This document shows, piece by piece, positions 25,845 through 39,000 of a DNA stretch of 64,000 nucleotides. The notes under the pieces were generated by a model that ran no database searches, was not told where the DNA came from, and saw nothing but the letters and a program-made list of their open reading frames with translations. The position numbers and the translations under genes are program-made. The DNA comes from Chiloscyllium plagiosum (lineage: Eukaryota): positions 57,128,264 to 57,192,263 of the forward strand of contig NC_057718.1 in assembly GCF_004010195.1 (NCBI RefSeq). The letters run 5' to 3'. Every line of letters begins with the position of its first letter. Position 1 is the stretch's first letter.

Positions 25845-27500
25845 AGACTGAAAGTGGGAATACTCTTAATAACTATGGGGAAATGGCAGACATGTTGAAT
25901 AATTACTTTGCCTCCGTATTTACGATAGAAAAGGGATAGCTTAGTAGAAGTCCGAGGAAGTTACTATTAAAGGGAAACTGAGATTGAATAAAATTAATGT
26001 AAGTAAAGCATCAGTAATAAGGAAATTAATGGAATTGAAGAGTGATAAATCCCCAGGAGCTGATTCTTCCATGCAAAGGTGTTAAAGGAAGTATGAGAGC
26101 ACATTTTAGACACCCTAACTATAATCTTTCAGAGTTCCCTGGTTACTCCTGTTCCTGCATTTTAGAAAGGCGAAAGAGGAAAACCTGGGAATTACAGACC
26201 AGTTAGCCTAAAATATGTGGTGGGAAATTGTTGGAATCTATAATCAAGAATGAAGTAACTGAATTCTTTGAACATTTTTAGTTAATCAGGGAGAGCTAAC
26301 ATGGAATCATGACAGTTAGGTCATGCCTAACAAACCTCCATTGAATTGTGAGAATAGGTGACACAGACAGTGCACAGGGGATGTCTGTGCATGTCATTTA
26401 TATCGACTTCCAGAATTCATTTGATAAAGTCCCACATAAGAAACTGTTAACTAATGTAGAAGCCCAAACTGAGAGAAAATTATTGACATGGCTGGGAAAT
26501 GGATTGAGTAGGTACTTAATAGGTACTCAAATTGGTAGGATGTGACCAGTGGGTTCCCACAATGATTTATGTTCAGGCCAAATTTATACACATTATTTTA
26601 CCGATTTGGCTAATGGCATAAAACCAAATTAGTTGCGGATGCAAAGTTAGGCAGCATTGTAGACAGTGTAGATGATGATAGTATAAAATTACAAAGGGGT
26701 ATCGATAGACGTAGTGAATGGGCTTAACTAGCAGATGGAATTCAATGTAAGCAAGTGTGAGATTATCCATTTTGGACTGAGAAAGCATGCATCTGGTTAC
26801 TTCTAGATGATGTGAAGTTAAATACTGTGAATGTACAAAGAGACTTGGCGGTTCAGGTGCATAGATGTTTAAAATGTCATGAACAAGTGCAGAAAGCTAA
26901 TGGTATGCTGGCCTTTATATCTAGAGGACTGGAGTACAAGGATGCAGAAGTTACACAAAACCCTGGTTAGGTGCCAATTGAAGTACAGTGAGCAGATCTG
27001 GCACCACAACTTTGTATGGATATATTAGCCTTGGAGGGAGTACAACGTAGGTTTACAAGACTGCTAACTGGATTTCAGGGGTTAAGCTGTGAGGAGCAAT
27101 TATACCAATTAGGCCTGTTTTCTGTATAGTTTAGAAGGTTAAAGGGTAACCTGATCAAAGTCTTCACAATATTAACAGGAAAAGACAAAATAGTCAAAAC
27201 TAAACTTCACTGGTTGAGGATTCTAAAACTAGGGGACTTAGTCTGAGAATTAGCGCCAGATCATTCAGTAGACATGTTAGGAAGCACTTCTATGTATAAG
27301 GGTGGTAGGTGCATGGAACCTTCTTCAAAAAACAGCAGTCAATGCTGGATCAGTTGTTAATTTTAAATCTGAAATAGATAAACTTTTGTTAAGCAAAGGC
27401 ATTAAGGGATATGGAACAATGGTAGATATATTGAGTGAGCCATGATCTCATCGAATGGAGGAACAAGCTTAGGGGCGGAATGCCTACTCCTGCCTACATT
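25845..27500 (+). mobile_element. CR1 LINE 3' half nested in the Gypsy remnant
   Basis: GNYRPVSL, VIYIDFQNSFDKVPH motifs; 3' UTR agccatgatctcatcgaatggaggaacaag...cctactcctg. Confidence 0.88.
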
Positions 27501-28029
27501 CCCTCATATTGCTTCATTTCTGCGATTGTTCCTGTGTTCTTGCTGCGAAGTATCACATTCAACACATTTGATCGTTTTGGATCATTTCTGGAGTACTTTT
27601 TAACTTGTCCTGCCATTACCACAGTGCTATCCACATGCTCGAAGTAAGGACCCTTTGGCAATGGTAATCTAGAAAACCCATGAGCATTCCCATGTCAGTT
27701 GGATTGCTGATACTTAATTGTCTAAGTGTGAGCTGATAGCAACAATGTCTACCTCTGCAATATGGCTCACTACTAGAAAAGCTATCTTTGTTTGATTGCA
27801 GTGGTAACTTTGGGTCAAAATTGTCAGGATTTCTGCATTTAATAAATGCTCTTTGGCTTGTTTAAAGGGCCTTTTATATTGATCTTCACATTTCATATTC
27901 TTGTTATTGGCATAATAAATTGTGTAATCACTTAAGACTGGTTGCAAGGTTGGAAAGAAATACCTTCCATAGTAATTTAGCAAACCCAAAAATGACTATA
28001 GTTTATATTTTTAGGTGTTTATGATTCAG

Positions 28030-28689
28030 TGTTACAATGTGGCAGTAAAGCCTTCTGCTAATTAAACCAAACAGACAGAAAAGCTCACCTCACCTCATTA
28101 TCTGTTAAAAGTATGAGTGACAGAGAATTACCCAAATTCTACTACTTAACAAAAAATATCAATTTTATTCTTTAACTCTAAAATGAACATTAAACTCTAA
28201 GCCTCCTTTCTCTTAAATATTTGTTATCTACCTCCCATTCTATAACAATATACTGATCCAATAAAGCCCCTATTAAATTTACAGAAACTTAATTTTTCAG
28301 AACCAGACAGCGGCTGTCATCTCTGGTGTCCGTCTTCCCTGGGTCATCTTTGGTCATCTGCTGCAAAGGTGCTTCATATGAAAAAGGTACTGTTGATAGA
28401 GAGTGTTTTCAGGCAGTTTGTCTGGCAATGGCAGGTAGTGCTCTTTCTGGCTAACTGTCCAAAATGACCGTTTTTATCCCCCAAACATTGGATCGTCTCA
28501 TTGGTATAATGTTGTCAAACAGTAAAATTCGAATTCAAATTAAATTTGAACTCATGTGAAAACAACTGGTATCTATGTTACAGCCAAAATGTTACATCTT
28601 TCAATTTTACAGCAAACTCTGTGACATGACTTGCCAGCTTTCACTCACTCTTAAAAGTACAGTCCACGCCTTCAACTTCAATTTCAACA
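28030..28689 (-). mobile_element. Solo LTR related to 307-991 and 6798-7508
   Basis: tgtt...aaca termini, near-TSD ttcag (28025-28029) / ctcag (28690-28694), shared internal blocks. Confidence 0.75.
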
Positions 28690-28925
28690 CTCAGTTACAA
28701 TCTTTACTTTTGAAGGTGATTTGTATCATCTCTTAGCACCAATGACATAGGTTAAGTAGTGAATAGACGATTTTAAAAATTTCTGTCAGTCTTTCCTCAC
28801 TCTTGGACCATAATCTTCAAACCTCTACAGAGAAGCATCTGAATTGTGGAGATGTTCCTTTCCATTTCTCCCCATGACTAAAGTACCACCTATGTAGCTC
28901 TGGACTCCTTCCAATTCACTTAAAA

Positions 28926-31086
28926 ACAGAGAAAGTGAGGACTGCAGACTCTGGAGAGTCAGTCAAAAAGTGTGATGCTGGAAAAGCACTGCAGGTCAGA
29001 GAGTATCTGAGGAACAGGGGACCTGACGTTTTGGGCATAAGCCCTTCATCAGCAATGTAAAGGGGGAAGGGGGCTAAGAGATGAATGAGGGGGTTGGGGT
29101 GGGGGTAGGGGGAAGGTAGGTGGGATGGTGATAGGTGGACACAGGTGGGAGGTAATTATGATAGGTCATTGCAGAAGGTGGAACGGATAGGTGGGAAGGA
29201 AGATGGACAGGTAGGATAGGTCAAGAGGATGGTGCCGAGTTGGGAGAGTTGGATCTGGGATAAGATGGGGGTAGGGGAGGGGAGATTTGGAAACTGGTGA
29301 AGTCAGTGTTGATACCATGTGGTTGTAGGGTCCCAAGGCAAATAGTGAGCCATTTTTCCTCCATTTGGCGGGTGGCTTTGATTTGGCAGTGGAGGAGGCC
29401 CAGGAGTTGTTTGTCCTTGGGGAGTGTGAGGTGGAATTGAAGTGGTTGGCCAGAGGGCGGTGGGGAGATAGCTTAGTGGAATTCCGAACAAATTAATATT
29501 ACAGGGAAACTGAGATTGAGTAAAATCAATGTAAGTAAAGCATTGGTAATAAGAATTGGTACGTGCGGACCAAGACGTTACCTGAACCACTCTACGAGTT
29601 GTCAACCTGTCTCCCTGATGTAGAGAGATCACATCGAGAGTAATGGATGCAGTAGATGAGGTGGGTAGATGTGCAGGAAAATTTCCAATGGATTTGAAAT
29701 GATCCTTTAGGGCCTTGGATGGAGGTGAGGGGAGAGGTGTAGGCACAGGTTTTGCAACTCGTGTGGTGGCAGGGGAAGATGCCAGGTGTAGAGGGTAAGT
29801 TGATGGTTGGCATGGCTGTAACAATAGCATCGCAGAGGGAATGGTCTCTGTTGAACGCAAATATGGATGGAGAGGGAAATATATTTTGGTGGTGAGATCT
29901 GAGTGTAGGTGGTGAAAATGGTGGAGTATAATACGCTATATCTGAAGATTCATGGGATGAAGGTGAGGATCAGGCAGATTCTATCCTTGTTGCGGTTGGA
30001 GGAGGAGGGTTCAAGGGCAGAGGTGCAGGAAGTGGAAGAGATGCGATGGAGGGCATTGTTGATCACCTGGGAGGGGAAATTGCAGTCCTTGAAATAGGAG
30101 GTCCTCCTATTCCAAGGACCACAATTTCCCCTCCCACGTAATCCACAATGCCTCCATCGCATCCCCTCAACTTCCTGGACCTCCACCCTCGAACCCACAC
30201 CTCAAACTGCAACAAAGATAGAACCGCCTGGTTCTCACTTTCCACCCCATGGGTCTCCGGATACAGCACATTATCCTCCGCCATTTTCGAAACCTACAGT
30301 CAGACTTCACTACCAAAAATATGTTTCCCTCTCCACACCTATTTGTGTTCCCCCCCAACCCACCCTCTACACATGGCACCTTCCCCTGCCACCACACGAG
30401 GTGCAAAATCTGCACTCGCAACTGGCCCCTCGCCTCTATCCAAGGCCCTAAAAGATAATTTCAAAGATTTTCCTGAACATCTACCCACCTCATTTACTGC
30501 ATCCGTTGTTCTGGATGTGGTGTCTTCTACATTGGGGAGACAAGAGCCAACTCACGAAGCAGTTCAGGGAACATTTCTGGTACGCACACACCAGACAACC
30601 CCACTGCCCTATAACCAACTACTTCAACACCCCTGTCACACGTTCCCATTGACATGCAAATCCTGGGCCTCCTTCAATGCCACCTGCCCAGTGGAGGAAG
30701 AACACCTCATCTTCTATCTCAGGACCCTACAACCACATGGCATTAACATTGACTTCATCAGTTTCCAAATGTCCCCTCTCCCCACCTCATCCCAGATCCT
30801 ACCCTTCCAACTTGGCACTGCCCCCTTGACCTGTCCTACCTGTCCATCTTCCTTCCCACCTATCCGCTCCACCTTCCAAACTGACCTATCACAATTACCT
30901 CCCACCTGCATCCACCTATCACCATCCCACCTACCTTCCCCCCATGCCCACCCCAACTCCCTTATTCATCTGTCAGCCCCCTTCCCTATCCACATTGCTG
31001 ATTAAGGGCTAATACCCAAAATGTCGACTCTCCTGCTTCTCAGATGCTGCCTGACCTGCTGTGCTTTTCCAGCACCACATGTTTTG
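28926..31086. mobile_element. Penelope-like element as a 2.2-kb inverted (fold-back) pair of 3' halves
   Basis: GIY-YIG-linker motif CxxC (CHHTSCKTC...FSCTSTHLIYCI) on the minus strand left and on the plus strand right. Symmetry centre ggagg-t-cctcc at 30102; acttaaaa repeated at 28918-28925 and 31087-31094. Confidence 0.88.
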
Positions 31087-32613
31087 ACTTAAAATCTGTT
31101 CAATGACACGTTGGAATCATGCAGGTGCTGATGTAATTCCAGTTGGAAGTCTCTTGTATTTGAATAGTTGTTTATATGTAACAATCATTAAGAATTTCTG
31201 TGACTTAGCATCTCTCAGGTTCATCTGGAGATAAGCTTGACCGAGGTTCATTTTACTAAGAAGCTGACCTCCAGCTAATGCAGCAAATAGATCATTGATT
31301 ATAGGCAAAAGAAACTGCTCAGCACGCAGTCTCAGATTTATACTGATGTTAAGATCTCCCCAGATGCATACCTATCCATTTTAATTCATCACTGGTATCA
31401 TGTCTAGGCATTGCCCAATCACACTCACTCACGGATTCAGGGTCTCTTGACTTGACCAGCCTCTCTGATTTTGCTTCAACTTTTTGTTTTGATTGCCTAA
31501 CACACTGATCTAGACTTGGAATATTTTGTTTGATTCTCATCCTTGATTTTCAGTTTGACAGAGACCTTGTCAAAGCTTCCTAGGTCCCCATTGAAAATAA
31601 TGGAATGTTTCTTTAGAATTTGTGATTAGCTCAGTCTCAGAATCTGACAAATGATTTACTTCAGCCCAATAGAGTTTGGTTATCTCCAACCATGTTCTTC
31701 CCAATGGAGCTAGAAGATTTCCTTTGATAACATGCATGGACAAATCTTCTGATTGATTGAATTACTGAACATTCATACAATTCCTTAAAGATACCACTTC
31801 ACCAAATAAGTTCTTAGTACAATTTTTGCGGGTTGCAACACAATGTGACTCAGCTGCTTTGATACATACTTTCAGGTATCAATGAAGCCATTTCTCGGTG
31901 TCCACCTCCATTCTTACTGGTTTGCCATTCATTAAGGGAATGACCCAGTATCAGTATCAGTTGGTGTCTCCAGTAATGACCGTTATGTTTTAATAATAGC
32001 CCCTGTTCGGACTCAGAGGCTGGGCTTTTGCCATTGAGCGTCCTTGCCTGTTAGTTCTGCCGAGATTACAATTTCATATGCTTTTTTTAGGCCTTTCTGT
32101 CAGTAATTTCTTCTGGATTGTCTCACATCTTAAACCACACATCAGTCTGTCTCTGATAGGATCATTTAAGTTGTCTCTGCATTCATGATATTCTACTAAC
32201 TTGTTTAAAATTGCTATGAACTGGGAGATAGATTCACCATCAAGCTGTTTGCCTTTCTGGAATCTGAAGCTTTCGGTAATAAGTAATGCTTTTAGTGAAA
32301 AATTATTCTTGTAGGATTCCTACTATTTTGTCATAAAGTTTGGAACTTGGATTTTCTGGCTGTACCAAACTCCTGTGAAGGTTAGGAGTTTCTCCCCTCA
32401 CAGTATGAGGAATGCAGGGACAACTATACCTGCTTCAATTTTGTAATCTTGTACAAAATAATGGAATTTGTGTAGAAATCCTATACAGTCCTATGTCACC
32501 AAAATTTTGTAATTCTTACAAAAATAGGGCCTGCACAGTACGATGTGCCATGAAAATTTTGCTTCTTGCTGTTTAAAATAAGGTATTGCTGAGGTTGCCT
32601 GTTTCTTTCAAGT

Positions 32614-35600
32614 CACAGAGTCGTAGAGATGTACAGAATGGAAACAGACCCTTCGATCCAACTCGTCCATGCCAACCATATATCCTAAATTAATCTAGTC
32701 CCATTTGCCAGCACTTGGCCCATTTCCCTCTAAACCCTTCCTATTCGGGTACCAATCCAGATGCCTTTTAAATGTTGTAATTGTACCAGCCTCCATCACT
32801 TTCTTTGGCAGCTGATTCCATACATGCTTGAAAAAGTTGCCCTAAGCTTAGGTCCCTGCTGAATCTTTCTCCCCTCACCCTAAACCTGTGCCCTCTAGTT
32901 CTGGACTTCCCCAACCCAGGGAATAGACCTTGTCTGTTCACCCTATCCATGCCCCTCGTGATTTTATAAACCCGTAAAGTCATCATTCAGCCTCTGACGC
33001 TCCAGGGAAAACAGCCTCAGCATGTAAGGCCTCTCCCTATACCTCAAACCCTCCAAAACTTGGCAATATCCTTGTAACGTTTCACAACATCCTTCCTATA
33101 GGACAGAGACCAGAATTGTACACAATATTATGACCTCCCAACTCCTATACCTAATGCTCTTACCAATAAAGGAAAGCATACCAAATGCCTTCTTCACTAT
33201 CCTATCGACCTGTGACTTCAGTTTCAAGGGAATATGAATCTTCACTCCAAGGTCTCTTTGTTCAACAACATTCCCCAGGGCCTTACCATTAAGTATAAAA
33301 GTCCTGCCCTGATTTACCTTTCCAAAATTCAGTACCTCGCATTTGTCTAAATTCAACTGTACCTGCCACTCCTCAGCCCATTGGCCCATCTGATCAAGAT
33401 CCTGTTGTACTCTGAGGTAACGTTTTTCACTGTCCACTACACCTCCAATTTTGGTGTTATCTGCAAACTTACAAACTATACCTCCTATGTTCACATCCAA
33501 ATCATTTACATAAATGACGAAAAGCAGTGGACCCTGCATGGATCCTTTGGGCATACACTGGTCACAGGCCTCCAGTCTGAAAAGCAACCGTCTACCACCA
33601 CCCTCTGTCTTCCAGTTCTGTATCCAAATGGCTAGTTCACCCTGTATTCCATGTGATGTAACCTTGCTAACTAATCTATTATGAGGAACCTTGTCGAACG
33701 CCTTACTGAAGTCCATATAGGTTACGTGCATGGTTCTGCCCTCATCAATCCTCTTTATTACTTCGTCAAAAAATTTAATCAAGTTAGTGAGACATGATTT
33801 CCCACACAGAGCCATGTTGACTATCCCTAATCTGTTCTTGCTTATCCAAATAATGTAAATCCTGTCCCTCAGGATTCCCTCCAACAACTTGCCCACCACC
33901 GATGTCAGGCTCGCCGATCTATAGTTCCCTGGATTTTCATTACCACCTTTCTTAAATAGTGGCATCACATTAACCAACCTCCAATCTTTTGCTACCTCAC
34001 CTGTGACTATCGATGATCCAAATATCTCAGCAAGGGTCCCAACAATCCTTCCCATGGAGTGCTAGGGTACACCTGATCAGGTCTTGGGGATTTATCCACT
34101 TTTATGTATTTTAAGACATCCAGCAACTCCTCTGTAATATGGACATTTTTCAAGATGTCATCATCTATTTCCCCCACATTCTGTATCTTCCAAGTCCTCT
34201 TCCACAATAAACACTGATGCAAAATACTTGTTTAGTATCTCCCCCATCTCCTGCGGTTCCACAGATAGGCTGCCTTGCTGATCTTTGTGGGGTTCTGATC
34301 ACTCCCTAGTTACCTTTTTGTCCTTAATGAATTTTAAAATTCCTTTGGATTCTCCTTAACCTTATTTACCAAAGCTATCTTCTGTCCCGTTTTTGCCCTA
34401 CTGATTTTCCTCTGAAGTATACTCCTACTGCTTTTATACTCTTCGAAGGATTCACTCGATCTCTGCTGTCTCTACCTGACATGTGCTTCCTTCTTTTTCT
34501 TGACCAAAACCTCAATTTCTCCAGTCATTGAGCATTCCCTACACCTACCAGCCTTGCTTTTCATCCTAACAGGGACATATTGATTCTGGACTCTCCTTAT
34601 CTTATTTTTGAAGGCTTGCCACTTTCCATCTGTCCCTTTACCTGTGAACATCCGCACCTAACCAACTCTTTGAAAGTTTTTGCCTAATACTGTCAAAATT
34701 GGCCTTCCTCCAATTTAGAACTTCAACTTTTAGATCCTTCGCCATTACTATTTTAAACAAATAGAATAATGATTGCTGGCCCCACAGTGCTCCCCAACAG
34801 ATGCCTTAGTCACTTGCTCTGCCTTATTTCCCAAGAGTAGGTCAAGTTTTGCATCTTCTCTTGTAGGTACATCCATATACTGAATCAGAAAATGTTCTTG
34901 TATACACTAACAAATTCCTCTCCATCTAAACCCTTAACACCATGGCAGTTCAAGTCTGTGATTGGAAAGTTAAAATCCCCTATCATAAGCACCCTATTAT
35001 TCTTATAGATAACTGGTATCTCCTTACAAATTTGTTTCTCAATTTCCCGCTGACTTTTGAGGCTTCTATAGTACAATCTCAAAAAAGTGATCATCTTTTT
35101 CTTATTTCTCAGTTCCACCCAAATAGCCTCTCTGGATCTATTCCCAGGAATGTCCTCCCTTAGTACAGCTGTAATGTTATCCCTTCTCAAAAACGCCACT
35201 CCCCCTTCTCTCTTGCCCCCCCCTTTCGATCGTTTGTGTAGCATTTGTATCCCGGAACATTAAGCTGCCAGTCCTCATCCCTGAGCCATGTCTCTGTCAT
35301 TGCTATGATATCCCAGTCCCATGTTCCTAACCATGCCCTGAGTTCATCTCTCTTCCCTATTAGGCCTCTTGCATTGATATAAATGCAGTTTAATTTACCT
35401 TGTTCTCTGCTTTGTTTCTGCCTACCCTGACTGTTTGACTTGCTCCTTTTCCCAGTACCAGTCTCAGATGGATCTCTTTCCTCATTATCTCCCTGATCTC
35501 ACTTCCCCACCTTATTAATTTAAATCCCCCCCAAGCAGCTCTAGTAAATCTCCCTTCCAATTCAAGTTCAATCTGTCCTTCTTATACAAATCACTTCTAT

Positions 35601-36700
35601 CCCAGAAGAAATTCCAACAATCCATAAATGTGAACCTTATCCACTGCACCAGCTCCTCAGTCACACATTAATCTGCTCTATCCTCCTATTTCTATCCTCA
35701 CTAGCTCATAGCACTGGGAGTAATCCAGACATTACTACCCTCAAGGTCCTCCTTTATAAATTCCTGTCTAACTTCCTGTATTTTTCCTTCAGAATCTCAT
35801 CCTTTTTCCTCCCTATGTCATTAGTTCCAATGTGCATGATTTCCTGCTGGTCTCTCTTCCCTTTGCGAATATTCTGCACTGTTTTCGAGTCATCCTTGAT
35901 CTGGCACCAAGGAGGCAACACACCATTATGATTTCTCACTGTGGGCCACAGAAACGCCTGTCTGTGCCTCTGACTCGAGAGTCCCTATCACAATTGATCA
36001 CTTGGAGCCTGATGTACCCCTTGTTACATTAGAGCCAACCTCGGTACCAGAAACTTGGCTGTTCGTGCTACATTCCCCTGAGAGATCATCACCCTCTATG
36101 TTTTCCAAAATAGCATACTTGTTTGAGATGAGGATAACCACAGGAGACTCCTGCACTACCTGCCTCCCTCTCCTACCTTTATTGGCGGTAACCCATCTAT
36201 CTTACTGTTTCTGTCGTTTTTCTCCTTTCCTCTAACTGGTATCCATCACATCACCTAGCTCCTGTAAATTCCTCATTGCCTCTAACTGCCACTGAACCGA
36301 TCCATGTGATCTGATAGGATTCACAACCAAACACACTTACTGCAGACTTAATCATCAGTAACATGGATACTCTCCCTAATCTTCCATGTCCAACATGAAG
36401 AGTACATCACTCTATTAAAGGCCATCTTTCCACCTTAACAATCTACAGAAAATAGCGCAGTCTTACTCGAAAAAATACTGCTCCAGGCTAACTTAGTACC
36501 TGTGTTTTATATTTTTAAATTTTAATCAAGGGACAGATCTCAATAAGATATATAATAAAAAAGAATCTACTCTACTCACTATTAAATAAAGACAGCAAGG
36601 TTACATTTAAAAACCATGCACTTACCTGTTCCTATGCTGTGAGTTCTCCCACACAGGTTCCTCCAAGGTTAGCTGTGAATTTTGTTGTTTGTTAATTTTT
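32614..36700 (-). mobile_element. Near full-length decayed CR1 LINE (5' UTR, esterase-type ORF1, APE-RT ORF2)
   Basis: ORF1 SGNH-like MHIGTNDIGRK (35754-35939), [39 protein letters not shown], 3' tail; multiple frameshifts. Confidence 0.93.
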
Positions 36701-37425
36701 CTCTCCACCACTAGCTCAAAACATTCCCATCCTTGTAGCATGCTCATTACTCGCATTTGTAATGAGGACCAGAATTGTTTTTTGATGAATCCCTGGATTG
36801 CCCTGGTGGATCTTGAAGCAGATTTTATCCTGTTCTGATTGTGTTATGTTTCAAGATAGACCAGGGACTGTAAAATTTAAAATGACGAGCTTTTATCAGG
36901 AAGTGTTCACTCAATATGGCAATAAGCTAGATTGAATTGTTTACCTCCAAAATGGCCAAAGATGTCACCATCATGCCAGGTGATCATACTATTAAGGTGA
37001 CTCTACAACATACTTCCAGAAATGCACAACAGATTCGAGAGTTTTAAAATGTTATCCTGTCCTGTCCCAACTCACATTTTCTTGGGTTTAAAATACCCCA
37101 ATTGCATTCTAATTGAACCATGGCAAAAAATTACAACATGCTTATTAATTGTGCAAAGTGTATATGACCTGAACAGGGAAAGAAATGGGTGCCGAAGTAG
37201 GCTATTCATCCCATCAAGGCTGTTCGCCATTCAAATAGATCATGTTCTGAATGAAGAAATGTTGCCTCATCTCTGTCTTAAACGGCCTTCCTCTTATTCT
37301 AAACTCACCAGCTAGGAGAAGCAACGAGGTAAAAACAATGCCTGCAGATGCTGGAAACCAGATTCTGGATCAGTGGTGCTGGAAGAGCACAGCAATTCAG
37401 GCAGCATCCGAGGACAGGCAAAATC

Positions 37426-37453
37426 GACGTTTCGGGCAAAAGCCCTTCATCAG
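37426..37453 (-). ncRNA. Minimal type I hammerhead ribozyme motif
   Basis: CTGATGA-A-GGGC-TTTT-GCCC-GAAA-CGTC: full core, 4-bp stem II, palindromic ACGT, GUC triplet. The 5' strand of stem I is lost in the gap. Confidence 0.75.
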
Positions 37454-37823
37454 NNNNNNNNNNNNNNNNNNNNNNNNNNNNNNNNNNNNNNNNNNNNNNN
37501 NNNNNNNNNNNNNNNNNNNNNNNNNNNNNNNNNNNNNNNNNNNNNNNNNNNNNNNNNNNNNNNNNNNNNNNNNNNNNNNNNNNNNNNNNNNNNNNNNNNN
37601 NNNNNNNNNNNNNNNNNNNNNNNNNNNNNNNNNNNNNNNNNNNNNNNNNNNNNNNNNNNNNNNNNNNNNNNNNNNNNNNNNNNNNNNNNNNNNNNNNNNN
37701 NNNNNNNNNNNNNNNNNNNNNNNNNNNNNNNNNNNNNNNNNNNNNNNNNNNNNNNNNNNNNNNNNNNNNNNNNNNNNNNNNNNNNNNNNNNNNNNNNNNN
37801 NNNNNNNNNNNNNNNNNNNNNNN
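37454..37823. other. Assembly gap (370 N)
   Basis: Run of N. Confidence 1.
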
Positions 37824-38205
37824 TGGGCGCAGGTTTTGCAATTCCTGCAGTGGCAAGGGAGTGTGCCAGGATGGGAGGGTGGGTCGTAGGGGGGCGTGGA
37901 CCTGACCAGGTAGTCACAGAGGGAACGGTCTTTGCGGAAGGTGGAGAGGGGTGGGGAGGGAAATATATCCCTGGTGGTGGGGTCTGTTTGGAGGTGGCGG
38001 AAATGTCGGCGGATGATTTGGTTTATGCGAAGGTTGGTAAGGTGGAAGGTCTCTCCCTCCTATTTTTTGTCCATTAACCAATTCCCAGTCCATTCAAATA
38101 TATTGCCCCCAGTCCCATAGGCTTTAATTTCGTTTACTAATCTAGTGTGAGGCATTATTGAAACATCCAACTTATCTTATTCTTTATCAAGAAAATGGAA
38201 TTAAA

Positions 38206-39000
38206 CTGCATTCATCCTGCCACATCCTGTAAATATTTTGAAAGTTTCATTCTTTGAAACTTCTTTGAATACTGGCTCAATGTTTTTATCATCTTTCTCA
38301 TAAGGCAATTCCACTATCCTAAACTGTGTTATAATCCTTCTTTGCCAAGTCCATCTTTAGAAAAGGTGTCCAAAACTGCACACAGTACTATTGGTTCAGT
38401 CTCACCAAAGCTCATTACAGTTGCAGTAAGGCATCTTTACCCCTGTGCTCAATCCCCTTATGATGCCAACCAATGTACCATTTGCCTTCCTAATTGCTTG
38501 CTGCACTTGCTTATCAGCATTAAATGACTCATGAACAAGGACACCAGGTCTTTTTGGGCATCAGTTCTTGCCAAACTCTCTCATTATGAATAGAACTTTG
38601 TTTTTCTGTTTTTCCTAAACTTCTTCACATTTGAATCCATCTGCCATATCCTTGCCCATTCACTTAGCTCCTCCAAATCGCCTTGAACCTGCTTTGCATC
38701 TTCCTCACATCTCACATTTTCTCCTATTTTTATATCACCAGTAATTTTGGAAATATTACATTTTGTCCCAACATCAAAATCATTTATATGATTGTGAACA
38801 GCTATGGCCTCAACATTGATCTTTGCAGTACCCCAATAGTAATATATATCCAGCTATCCTGAGAATGACCTGTTTATTTCTCCCTCCTATTTTTTGTCCA
38901 TTAACCAATTCCCAGTCCATTCAAATATATTGCCCCCAGTCCCATAGGCTTTAATTTCGTTTACTAATCTTGTGTGAGGCATTATTGAAACATCCAACTT
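38206..39000 (-). mobile_element. Old CR1 RT fragment; its 3' part is at ~37150-37325
   Basis: catttgccttcctaattgc, ccatctgccatatccttgcccattcact and aaatcatttatatgattgtgaacagc are reverse-strand CR1 RT signatures. Confidence 0.75.

Larger units (their letters stand above)
25316..32600 (-). mobile_element. Decayed Gypsy/Ty3 internal region (gag-PR-RT-RH-IN), interrupted by nested inserts
   Basis: Integrase-like IVVDTRTKWPE...FGYPKQLISDNSPQ (25364-25558), RT-connection GLLNYYGRY (27989), RT LAGGQLLSKMNLGQAYLQM..FKYKRLPTGITSAPA (31117-31308), gag-like remnants ~32000-32500. Order is Gypsy-type. Confidence 0.85.
37326..38051 (-). mobile_element. Penelope-like element 3' portion spanning an assembly gap
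   Basis: Tail with intact hammerhead motif on the left of the gap; endonuclease-proximal sequence homologous to 29740-29960 on the right. Confidence 0.85.

Noticed and set aside
30148..31005. 285-aa Pro/Ser/Thr-rich ORF
   Set aside because: Off-frame reading of decayed PLE endonuclease and C-rich tail.
33096..34055. 319-aa RT ORF as an active or domesticated gene
   Set aside because: Frameshifted CR1 ORF2; catalytic motif reads FADN; neighbouring frames are broken.
37251..38077. Long ORFs across 37.3-38.0 kb
   Set aside because: Artefacts of translating N.
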